From Bacteroidaceae bacterium (GTDB lineage Bacteria; Bacillota; Clostridia; Oscillospirales; Acutalibacteraceae), in NCBI GenBank assembly GCA_963589785.1, contig CAVAMJ010000013.1, positions 8 through 64,007 on the forward strand: a stretch of DNA of 64,000 bases. The letters are read 5' to 3'. Each line of letters begins with the position of its first letter. Positions within the stretch are counted from its first letter, which is position 1. Made by a program: the position numbers and the translations under genes. Under the pieces are notes generated by a model. It ran no database searches. It worked only from the letters and a program-made list of their open reading frames with translations, and was not told the origin of the DNA. Shown one piece after another: positions 9,540 to 17,671 of this stretch.

Positions 9540-9917
9540 ATGTATCAAAAAAAATTAGAATCAGATATTAGGTGTCCGCTTGAATACGGATTAGAGTTAT
9601 TTGGGGGCAAATGGAAATCCCGTGTAATTTGCGTACTAAACGAAAAAGGCACTTTGCGTTACAGCGGCATTCGCAAGGAGATGATTAATATCACAGATGC
9701 TGTTCTTGCTTCAACATTAAAAGAATTAATCAACGATGGTCTGATTATACGCAAGCAGTACGATGAAATACCGCCAAGAGTGGAGTATTCCTTGTCTGAA
9801 AAAGGAACGTCTGTTGTTCCTATACTCCAAAGCATATGTAAATGGGCGGGTATTTTTCAGAGAGAAAACAGCGGAAATATTATGACTCAGTGTCAAAAAT
9901 GTGATTACAACAAATAG
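9540..9917 (+). CDS. HxlR family (winged-helix) transcriptional regulator
   Basis: CPLEYGLELFGGKWKSRVICVL...LRYSGIRKEM..ITDAVLASTLKELINDGLIIRKQYDEIPPRVEYSLSEKG is the canonical HxlR signature. Confidence 0.85.
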   Translation: MYQKKLESDIRCPLEYGLELFGGKWKSRVICVLNEKGTLRYSGIRKEMINITDAVLASTLKELINDGLIIRKQYDEIPPRVEYSLSEKGTSVVPILQSICKWAGIFQRENSGNIMTQCQKCDYNK

Positions 9918-9968
9918 CTTAAATGCGGAAAATGTAAGCTACTTGCAATATTAAGGTAACTTCCATTG

Positions 9969-10004
9969 AAAGGGCGATGAATGTTTGTATCATCGCCCTT
10001 TTTC
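9969..10004. terminator. bidirectional terminator
   Basis: Hairpin aagggcgatga / tcatcgccctt plus a T-run. Confidence 0.7.
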
Positions 10005-10017
10005 TCATATCATTAAA

Positions 10018-10893
10018 CTATTCACTTTTAATTTCCGGAGCATTTACTGTGCCACTCATTGAATTATTTTTCTCGTCATAATACAAATAGACATTATAGC
10101 CTTCTTCATTATCAGCTGAATAAAATCCCTCAAAGCTACTCGGTGAGGCTGTATATCCAAGTCCTTTGCAATCCTCAACATAAGCATTAAACTGCTCCAA
10201 TGACAAACCGTAAGCATCAAACATATAGATATCTTCGTCATCTCTGCCGCTTTTTACCACCTTGACATCCGGTTTAGGAATTTTGTTGCCAAGATCTGTT
10301 TGTGACCACTGATACGCTGTCTCTGTTTCTGCTTCGGCAGAATACTTCTTTGAGCTGAAATCATAATATACAGTAAAAATTTTATCCTCATCGATATACT
10401 TAATGGTAGCAATATCAGGCTCAACTAAGTTATAGTGATTAATGTCTTTCAGATAAAAGGTGCCACCATAATAATAGCAGTTTATATTTGAAGCGGATTC
10501 ATTTGGATTCACAACTCTTTCAGTTTCGGTGTGCATTGAAATCGCTTGACTCCTAAGCTCTTCCATATCTTCTTCACTTGCTTCAAGCATTTCTTGAATA
10601 TCCGAGTAGAAATTAGCTTTTTCTTCATCGGAAATATCGCCCTTTTCTTTGAATGTGATTTCAAAATCAGTTATCGTATACTCTGTATTGTTCGTGTAAT
10701 TAAGAAGTACATAACGGTCACCGTCAACAATACCTTCATCAACGCTCCAAGAGATATCTTCTATATTAATCTTTTCTTTTTCTGCACTGCTATTTGAGAT
10801 GCCAGCTGACTCACTATTGCTGCATCCGGCAAAGCATAATGTCAAGCTAATGATTACCGCTAAAGTGGATAATACTTTTTCTTTTCTGTTCAT
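10018..10893 (-). CDS. lipoprotein, function unknown
   Basis: Signal peptide with a lipobox (LSTLAVIISLTLCFAGCSNSE). 291 aa, acidic, two-domain. Confidence 0.75.
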   Translation of the reverse strand: MNRKEKVLSTLAVIISLTLCFAGCSNSESAGISNSSAEKEKINIEDISWSVDEGIVDGDRYVLLNYTNNTEYTITDFEITFKEKGDISDEEKANFYSDIQEMLEASEEDMEELRSQAISMHTETERVVNPNESASNINCYYYGGTFYLKDINHYNLVEPDIATIKYIDEDKIFTVYYDFSSKKYSAEAETETAYQWSQTDLGNKIPKPDVKVVKSGRDDEDIYMFDAYGLSLEQFNAYVEDCKGLGYTASPSSFEGFYSADNEEGYNVYLYYDEKNNSMSGTVNAPEIKSE

Positions 10894-10927
10894 AATTTAA
10901 GTCTCCTAAAAACACTTGTTAATTCTC

Positions 10928-11122
10928 TTAGATTTCAACTATCTCGTAGTCCGGATCTTCATAATCATCCTCATCATAATCACCGGGATTAGACATATGT
11001 AGAATTTCCGCACCTTCACGGAAACAAGAACACATGTATAAAGCGTATTCTTCTGCATCTTCTTCTGTATTAAAGATTTCATCCTCGTACTCACCGTCAA
11101 ATAACACCTTGAATTTTGCCAT
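10928..11122 (-). CDS. very acidic 64-aa hypothetical protein
   Basis: MAKFKVLFDGEYEDEIFNTEEDAEEYALYMCSCFREGAEILHMSNPGDYDEDDYEDPDYEIVEI. GGAGG RBS. Lies 34 nt upstream of the lipoprotein gene on the same strand. Confidence 0.55.
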   Translation of the reverse strand: MAKFKVLFDGEYEDEIFNTEEDAEEYALYMCSCFREGAEILHMSNPGDYDEDDYEDPDYEIVEI

Positions 11123-11338
11123 TTTTAACCTCCATTATTACTCATAGAATATAGATGTTTTACTGCATTATGACCTTCATAGACGAATTATCCACTTGGA
11201 GCATCCTTTAAAAGCGATGTGCTCAGTTCTGCACATTAAGTCTATTGGTTATCCGGTTCATTCTTTTGTTTTTTATCTCCTTTCCCTTTGATGATTAAAG
11301 CTTAACACATACATTTTCAAATTTGGTTTTATCAATGC

Positions 11339-11383
11339 AAAACACGAGAGCTTGGACAGTAATTGTCTAAACTCTCGTGTTTT
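11339..11383 (-). terminator. rho-independent terminator immediately after the STAND-kinase gene
   Basis: 12-bp stem aaaacacgagag / ctctcgtgtttt. The stem ends in a U-run on both strands, and the hairpin lies 8 nt beyond the stop codon. Confidence 0.8.
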
Positions 11384-11390
11384 GTAAATA

Positions 11391-14300
11391 TTAAGTTGTT
11401 TTGCTTTCTATAACTTTTCGAATTTCTTCAGGAACAATAATTTTGTTTTTGAAATCAACAATTTCTTTGTTTTCAGCTTCTACAAGTTCAATCATATTTT
11501 GGCAAAATTCAAACTTCTGTGCGTCAATTCCAACCTGCCAAAGATGCTCATATAACTCTTGCCTTATACGAACATATGAATCCGAATTTACGTGTTTTGC
11601 ACAAAGTCGAGTTCCTTCATAGAGCAAGTCTATCGACTTATTATGACATTTCAGTTCAAAGTAAATATTCGCACATGGTATAATGACATCTTCAATTTTC
11701 TGCAAATCAGTCGGGATGATAATTTCTGACAGCTCTCGTGCATCTTTAATAAACTCATCCGCGCTTTCTAAACTATCAAAACACAAAGCGAAATACCAAG
11801 CACATACCAAATAATAGTGAAGACGAACATCTGCATATTGTGAGGTGTTTTCGGTGATTATCTTATTTGCTTTATCGATAAGTTTACCAATTTCTTTTTC
11901 TGTGCCTCGACAGCTTCGCATTAAAACCGTAGCCTTAGCGAGAACATTTTTTGCGTACAAATGATTGTCGTCGCAAGAAATACTTCGCTTTGAATAATGA
12001 AGAGTTTTCTCAATGGCATCAAGCATTTTATTCAGCAAAAGCTCTTCATCAGGATCTTCTGTGTCGTAATTACCATCGAGAAGAACATCATAATATTCAG
12101 AAACCATATCATAGTAGATAGCATAAGCTTCTCTTTTCTGAAACTGTTTTGCTGCTTCATTCGCCTTATCAAGCAAAGTTCTCATTGCTTCTTTGTCACC
12201 GTAAGCATCATAGATTGAAAATACAAGTTCATATATTTTCATAATAGCAACAGCATCTTGTCTTATATCATCCCTATCAATTCTTTGATTGCCAAATTCT
12301 GCTTCTTTAATAATCTCTGCAAAAAGACGACTTGTTTCAGAGAAAATGTAATCTTCTCTATACTGTGGCATATTTAACAATACAATAAACTGCAAGTTTG
12401 CAAATAGGAGTGTATCATAAATTGCTTTTTCTTGATGACATTGCTTAACAATGCTTTCCGCTTGAAAAAGCAATTTTGTCAATCTCTCAATATCAGTAGG
12501 GGACTCGTCTTTGATACGAGCTAACCGTTCACATAATACATTACCGTAAATGCTGTTATCATCTTTCTTATTAAAAGCAAGCAACTTATTTAACAACAAG
12601 TTGTCTTTCGGATTCGAGTTCAGTTTAGTATAGGCGGCGGATAAGTTTTTTCGCAGTTTCTTCGGATAGTTATTTTTGGTAGACTCCAAACGAATTTCCA
12701 CATAAAAGTATGTTAAAAACCGCTCGGCAGCTTTAAGATACTCAGGTGTCCATTCCCAACGATGTACTGTTTCACAAATTACATTGTGCATAGAAATAGT
12801 ATTTCCTGACATCATTAGCCAACCGTCAATAATCAATTCATTCAAATCGTCCTTAGACGCAAGCTTCATAATTTTCTGAAAGCAATTGATATCTAGCCCG
12901 TCATCTCCGAGAAGTGACGCAACTTTCATCAAGATTTTCTTTTCCATAGAAAGCTTATTAGCTACAAAAATGGCATCAATAATGTTTCCGATGGTATCAT
13001 TTGTTTGCTTGCTGTCTTTTTCAAAGTTCACTTTTTCAGGGGCAATACGGGAAAAGCCATGCTCAGCTGTTAAAAATGCCGCACTCGTTATAGTAAGGTA
13101 GCTGTTAGCAATCTGTTTTGCAATAAGTTCGAGAACCAGTGTATGTCCTTCTACACGCTTCAAAATATGCTCAAATCCGTCTTGTTCATTATCCTCAATA
13201 GAACGGCCAAGATTTGCTTCAAAGATACAGCGTAGTGCATTCTTATCTGAAATTGCAAAAAGCTTCATTTCTTGACAATTCTGATAAGTGGGAGTCTTAC
13301 GGCTTAAAAGAATAACCTTTAGTTCCGTAGAGAGAAGCGCATGTAAATCATCATCAAATTCTCCGTCAAAATTATCGATTACTAAAACAGATGAAGTTCC
13401 TCTAACTATTTCTCGTATTTTGGCTAACTTCTTATCAAAATATCTTGTTCTGTTGTTGATTTCTTCGTCTCGTCTTAATGTGTTAATTTCGATATTACTG
13501 TCATTAGATATGGTTGCCTCAATGCTATCTTTGTAATAAACATATAATATTGTATCAAACCTTTCGCGGTGGCGTATCAGATATTCTCTAATAAATGAAC
13601 TTTTTCCGATACCTCCCATACCGGTAATAAAAAGACAATTGTAATCACCATTTGCCAAGAGTCTATCGAATTCTTTTAACTCATGCTCGCGACCATAGAA
13701 ATTTTTTTGCTTAGTGATATGTGTAGAATAGATTCTTGGAATCATTAAGTCAGCATATTTTTCTATCTTTTGTAATTGTCCCAAAACTTCTTGCATATTT
13801 TGGTATCTGTCAGCGTAATAAATAGCCAAAGCATTGTGAAAAAAGTCACTTAATGAACCTAAAAGTCTATCATCACACTTTTGATAGTCATAGTGAATTT
13901 TAGTGAAATCATATACAGCATCTGTTTCACAATTTGGGATAGTAGGCGGGTAACCAAACAAAAGATAAAAAAGCAAAGCGCCAATACTATAAACGTCAGT
14001 ATGTGGTCCCAATCGTTTAATTTTAGATGTTAGAAGTTCAATGGGAGCAAATCCCTTAGAATAAGAGAGTCTAAAATCATCGCAACCCAGCTTGCTTGAT
14101 TTTTGAACTTCTTTCCATTCAAGAAGCGAATCAAAGTCAAAGAGCTGAACTTGCTTTTGATATCCGTCAACAACCAACACATTGTCAGGCTTAATATCCA
14201 AATAAAGATACCCTTGCTTATGAATATTACCCAAGACATAAGCTACTTGCTTCACAAGCGTAACACATTCTTTAAGAGATTTTGGTCTATATGTTGCTAA

Positions 14301-14705
14301 TGTTTTCTTAGAAGAATAGGCTGATAGAATGTATGTTGTTCCATTCAATTTGAAAATGTCGATTTGATTTGTAACGGAAGAATAATTCGCACCGGAGTAA
14401 AACAACTGATTTGTTTTTGAAAAGTCAGAGCGCAGCTTCTCCTGCATTTGATCAAATTCAGTGGCATCAAAGCTCGATGGAATAAGTCGGTTGTTTTCAT
14501 CACGAATAATTTTGAGTTTATAAGGATAAAATTCCTTTACTCTGTAGAATGTTTTATCGCCGGTATCAGCTATTCGAGATGCCTCATACACAATGCAAGA
14601 ACCGCCTCGTCCTATTTCACTTTCAATAACACAATGCAATTTTTCGCCTCTATCATTACAAAGACAAAGTGGGGTATTCAATTCCAAAGCAATTCTATTA
14701 TCCAT
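11391..14705 (-). CDS. Ser/Thr protein kinase - NB-ARC/STAND P-loop NTPase - helical(TPR-like)-repeat protein
   Basis: Kinase motifs: GRGGSCIVYEA, FYRVKEF, YLDIKPDNVLV, LFDFDS, GFAPIE. NTPase motifs: Walker A ITGMGGIGKSS, Walker B VLVIDNFD, GHTLVLELIAKQ. About 550 aa of helical repeats follow. The ATG at 14705 has an aaggtgg RBS; an alternative GTG is at 14717. Confidence 0.85.
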   Translation of the reverse strand: MDNRIALELNTPLCLCNDRGEKLHCVIESEIGRGGSCIVYEASRIADTGDKTFYRVKEFYPYKLKIIRDENNRLIPSSFDATEFDQMQEKLRSDFSKTNQLFYSGANYSSVTNQIDIFKLNGTTYILSAYSSKKTLATYRPKSLKECVTLVKQVAYVLGNIHKQGYLYLDIKPDNVLVVDGYQKQVQLFDFDSLLEWKEVQKSSKLGCDDFRLSYSKGFAPIELLTSKIKRLGPHTDVYSIGALLFYLLFGYPPTIPNCETDAVYDFTKIHYDYQKCDDRLLGSLSDFFHNALAIYYADRYQNMQEVLGQLQKIEKYADLMIPRIYSTHITKQKNFYGREHELKEFDRLLANGDYNCLFITGMGGIGKSSFIREYLIRHRERFDTILYVYYKDSIEATISNDSNIEINTLRRDEEINNRTRYFDKKLAKIREIVRGTSSVLVIDNFDGEFDDDLHALLSTELKVILLSRKTPTYQNCQEMKLFAISDKNALRCIFEANLGRSIEDNEQDGFEHILKRVEGHTLVLELIAKQIANSYLTITSAAFLTAEHGFSRIAPEKVNFEKDSKQTNDTIGNIIDAIFVANKLSMEKKILMKVASLLGDDGLDINCFQKIMKLASKDDLNELIIDGWLMMSGNTISMHNVICETVHRWEWTPEYLKAAERFLTYFYVEIRLESTKNNYPKKLRKNLSAAYTKLNSNPKDNLLLNKLLAFNKKDDNSIYGNVLCERLARIKDESPTDIERLTKLLFQAESIVKQCHQEKAIYDTLLFANLQFIVLLNMPQYREDYIFSETSRLFAEIIKEAEFGNQRIDRDDIRQDAVAIMKIYELVFSIYDAYGDKEAMRTLLDKANEAAKQFQKREAYAIYYDMVSEYYDVLLDGNYDTEDPDEELLLNKMLDAIEKTLHYSKRSISCDDNHLYAKNVLAKATVLMRSCRGTEKEIGKLIDKANKIITENTSQYADVRLHYYLVCAWYFALCFDSLESADEFIKDARELSEIIIPTDLQKIEDVIIPCANIYFELKCHNKSIDLLYEGTRLCAKHVNSDSYVRIRQELYEHLWQVGIDAQKFEFCQNMIELVEAENKEIVDFKNKIIVPEEIRKVIESKTT

Positions 14706-14782
14706 TATATTACCCACCTTTTCTTCATGATAACTTAATTATATCCTGTGTCATCTAATACCCGGTTTTACCGTTACAAGAA

Positions 14783-16006
14783 TCAATCATCATACTCTTT
14801 TTCCTTTACGGCAAATACTTCACTCATATATGTTCTAAAAGCTATGAGCGGATGTTCATCGTTCAATGCCCACATAAATAGCCAATCATACGGATTGCCT
14901 ACATATAGCTCCGGATACCCCGCATCCAAAAGACGGGCATTTATCATATCCAAACATCTTTCAGAATCAGATAATTTTGCGGAGTAAAAGGCATTGTTAT
15001 TACTGATAATAAGTTTTGACCAATAGGTATAGAAAGCGAGAAATATTAGCATCTTTCTAATAATTTCATCGTTACCAACCAAATCTCCTCGAATGAGCTT
15101 GTCGATATTTTGCCTGTTCGGAAAACAATAATCAGCTTTTAGCGGCATTAACTTGTTTCCGGATAGTATAGAAGTCAATGAACGGTCATGCTTTTTTGCA
15201 TACATATTCTTTTGGTAATTATCTAAACCGATTATCTGAGAAAAAATAACCCATGTTGAGGCATCTGAATTTGCTACTACATAATTATCCGACTTTGCAT
15301 TTTTGTCACTATTATACGTCCTGTTTATAATAAAGCCTTCTTTTTCTGCCAAACCATTGGAACGGGAAATTTTAGTCCAAAATTCTTGAATATATTTGAT
15401 AGCAGTAACATTATTATATTTAAAACTGTCGATGTTATCTTTGATATATTCTATCAAAGACGCTTTGTCGGTAATATTATCAATATTATCTTTTACTTTT
15501 CCTGTACAAAGGACATCTGCGCATTCGGAAATAGATTTTATTTTTGTGGGAATGGTAATACAATCAATTATATCTTGTGTTTCTTGGTATGAAAGTCCAT
15601 TTCTTATGCAGAAGTAATAAACAGCCTCATTTATTGTATGGCAATCAAAACTACGTTCAAACTGAACACATCTGAAAAAGTCATTCGTTTCATTGACGTC
15701 TAAGTTAAATGCAAAGCAGATTTGAAATGCTGTCTTACGAGCTATCTTTTTATTCGGCACAAACCACTCCTTAAAATCACGAGGCAGTTTAACATTAGCT
15801 GTCTTGAACTTTTCACGAAGAAAATGAGCCTTTTCTGACACATCAGCTAAATCGCCTTTGTATCCATGCTCTTTCATAAATGAGGTTAACGCCTCATCAA
15901 ATCCGCGAAATAGGGAAGCTACTTGAGCCAAATTTTCTTCGTACCCGTCTTCATCCATTAACAATGTTTCTGCTTTGAGGTTGAGCAATTCTGTATATTG
16001 AGACAT
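14783..16006 (-). CDS. hypothetical protein (407 aa), first gene of the STAND-kinase unit; weak XRE-like HTH signature
   Basis: Long uninterrupted ORF on the same strand, 65-78 nt upstream of the kinase gene. No catalytic motif recognised. The segment KEWFVPNKKIARKTAFQICFAFNLDVNETNDFF resembles the C-terminal half of an XRE-type HTH. Confidence 0.6.
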   Translation of the reverse strand: MSQYTELLNLKAETLLMDEDGYEENLAQVASLFRGFDEALTSFMKEHGYKGDLADVSEKAHFLREKFKTANVKLPRDFKEWFVPNKKIARKTAFQICFAFNLDVNETNDFFRCVQFERSFDCHTINEAVYYFCIRNGLSYQETQDIIDCITIPTKIKSISECADVLCTGKVKDNIDNITDKASLIEYIKDNIDSFKYNNVTAIKYIQEFWTKISRSNGLAEKEGFIINRTYNSDKNAKSDNYVVANSDASTWVIFSQIIGLDNYQKNMYAKKHDRSLTSILSGNKLMPLKADYCFPNRQNIDKLIRGDLVGNDEIIRKMLIFLAFYTYWSKLIISNNNAFYSAKLSDSERCLDMINARLLDAGYPELYVGNPYDWLFMWALNDEHPLIAFRTYMSEVFAVKEKEYDD

Positions 16007-16038
16007 ATTCTTTTAATTCCTTTAAATTTACTTGTATT

Positions 16039-16092
16039 TTAAGCAATAGTTGCGAGAGTCTTTTATTGCTAACCGTTAACTCTAAGCAATAT
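16039..16092. repeat. three copies of a TAAGCAATA-like motif (one inverted) in the 5' leader of the 407-aa gene
   Basis: TAAGCAATA occurs at 16040..16048 and 16083..16091. The near-perfect inverted copy TATTGCTAA is at 16064..16072. Confidence 0.5.
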
Positions 16093-16100
16093 TCAAACTT

Positions 16101-16129
16101 ATTGTATCACGAATAATTACTTATTCCAA
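16101..16129 (-). promoter_or_regulatory. sigma-A type promoter (extended -10) for the 407-aa gene / STAND-kinase unit
   Basis: The minus strand reads TTGGAA, a 17-nt spacer, then (TGa)TACAAT. It lies about 95 nt upstream of the ATG at 16006. Confidence 0.6.
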
Positions 16130-16293
16130 CAAAATGAAATTGGTTTTATTTAGTCTTGGCAAATGATATAAGCTTGCAAGAAAGTTAACACCTCTAAAGG
16201 AGACATGGTGTTACAAAAGAAATATTGTAAAATGACAAATAATGTGGTAATATCTATTTAAAAATATTATTTAAAAAGATTAAGGAATTAACC

Positions 16294-16719
16294 ATGGCTA
16301 AATCAAAAAGAAGAGAACAAAGAGAAACTGCATTTGTACTTATATTTGAGAATTCTGTTACAGGTGCACAGCTTGATGAAATTATTGATAACGCACTCGA
16401 TTCAAGAGAAATTACTCTCGATTTATTCGGTAGAAAGCTTGCTCAGGGTGTAGTAGATAATATTGAAAAGCTTGATGAAGTAATTTCAAACAATATAAAA
16501 GGCTGGAGTATAAAAAGACTTTCAAAGGTAAGCCTTTCCGTATTAAGACTTGCTGTTTATGAGCTTATGTTTGAGAGCGATATTCCCGTTGGAATAACTA
16601 TAAATGAGGCAGTCGAGCTTGCTAAGAAATATGGCGATGAGGGAGACTCTTCGTATATTAACGGTGTTCTCGGCGCAATCTCAAAATCTGATGTTGTTTG
16701 CAAGAAGGACGGAGAGTAA
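16294..16719 (+). CDS. nusB: transcription antitermination factor NusB
   Basis: 141 aa. RREQRETAFVLIFE...LSVLRLAVYELMFESDIPVGITINEAVELAKKYGD is the canonical NusB sequence. Confidence 0.9.
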   Translation: MAKSKRREQRETAFVLIFENSVTGAQLDEIIDNALDSREITLDLFGRKLAQGVVDNIEKLDEVISNNIKGWSIKRLSKVSLSVLRLAVYELMFESDIPVGITINEAVELAKKYGDEGDSSYINGVLGAISKSDVVCKKDGE

Positions 16720-16720
16720 T

Positions 16721-17671
16721 TTGTATCTAGGCATAGACACCAGCAATTACACTACATCCGTTGCTATTTTTAGCGATGGAATAGAAATAAACTCTAAAAA
16801 ACTTCTTCCTGTCAAGGATGGTGAAATAGGTCTTAGACAAAGCGATGCTGTTTTTCACCACGTAAGACAATTGAATGAGGTTTTTAAGAATGCTGTTGCA
16901 CATCTTCCGCACGGTATATCATTAAAAGACTTAACTGCGATTGGTGTGTCTGTATCTCCGAGGTCTGTCGAAGGCTCGTATATGCCTTGCTTTTTGGTTG
17001 GCAAAATGTTAGCTGAAACATTATCCGACACTCTCGGTGTGCCATGCTACCATATTTCTCATCAGCAAGGTCATATTGCGGCGGCTCTTTATTCTGCAAA
17101 TAAGTTGGAACTTTTGAACAACCGTTTTTTAGCATACCATCTTTCAGGCGGAACAAGCGAAGGTTTACTTGTTGAACCTGATGAATATGGATTGCCGAAC
17201 GCTAAGCTTGTTTGTACATCTCTCGATTTAAAAGCGGGACAAGCTATAGACCGAATAGGAGTAGAGTTAGGCTTTCCCTTTCCGGCTGGGAAATACATTG
17301 ATGCTGCGGCAACGAATGTTGAATTTAAAGAAAAGCTCAAGCCGTCAATGAAAGGTGCTGATTTCAATCTCTCAGGACTGCAAAACAAATGCGAAAATCT
17401 GATTGCAAAAGGAAAATCAAAGGAATATGTTTCAAGATATTGCTTGGAATATATTTCTTCGACTATTGAGATGTCAGTGAAAGCACTAAAAAAAGAATAC
17501 GGCGATTTACCTCTGGTTTTCAGCGGAGGTGTTTCGTCAAACTCTCTTTTAAAGGCGAGAATGCAGAATGAGTTTGGTGCAGTCTTTGCAGAGCCGGCTT
17601 TTTCTGCTGACAACGCATTTGGTGTTGCCGTTCTCGCTATGCTTGAAAACAAAAAGAAAAATGAACAGTAG
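16721..17671 (+). CDS. TsaD/Kae1-like (peptidase M22/ASKHA) protein, divergent paralogue
   Basis: A TTG start at 16721 gives (M)YLGIDTSNYTTSVAIF. HQQGH matches the TsaD HxxxH metal site, and FSGGVSSNSLL matches the GGVaaN motif. About 316 aa. Confidence 0.7.
   Translation: MYLGIDTSNYTTSVAIFSDGIEINSKKLLPVKDGEIGLRQSDAVFHHVRQLNEVFKNAVAHLPHGISLKDLTAIGVSVSPRSVEGSYMPCFLVGKMLAETLSDTLGVPCYHISHQQGHIAAALYSANKLELLNNRFLAYHLSGGTSEGLLVEPDEYGLPNAKLVCTSLDLKAGQAIDRIGVELGFPFPAGKYIDAAATNVEFKEKLKPSMKGADFNLSGLQNKCENLIAKGKSKEYVSRYCLEYISSTIEMSVKALKKEYGDLPLVFSGGVSSNSLLKARMQNEFGAVFAEPAFSADNAFGVAVLAMLENKKKNEQ

Noticed and set aside
11391-14705. The large kinase as a second housekeeping PrkC-type kinase
   Set aside because: It has no TM segment or PASTA domains, and carries an NB-ARC NTPase plus repeat region instead. 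The bona fide stp-prkC pair is at 34384-37203.
16604-16720. Upstream ATG (16604) proposed by the ORF track for the tsaD-like gene
   Set aside because: It would overlap 116 nt of nusB in another frame. The homologous N-terminus (YLGIDTSNY) begins at the TTG at 16721, right after the nusB stop.
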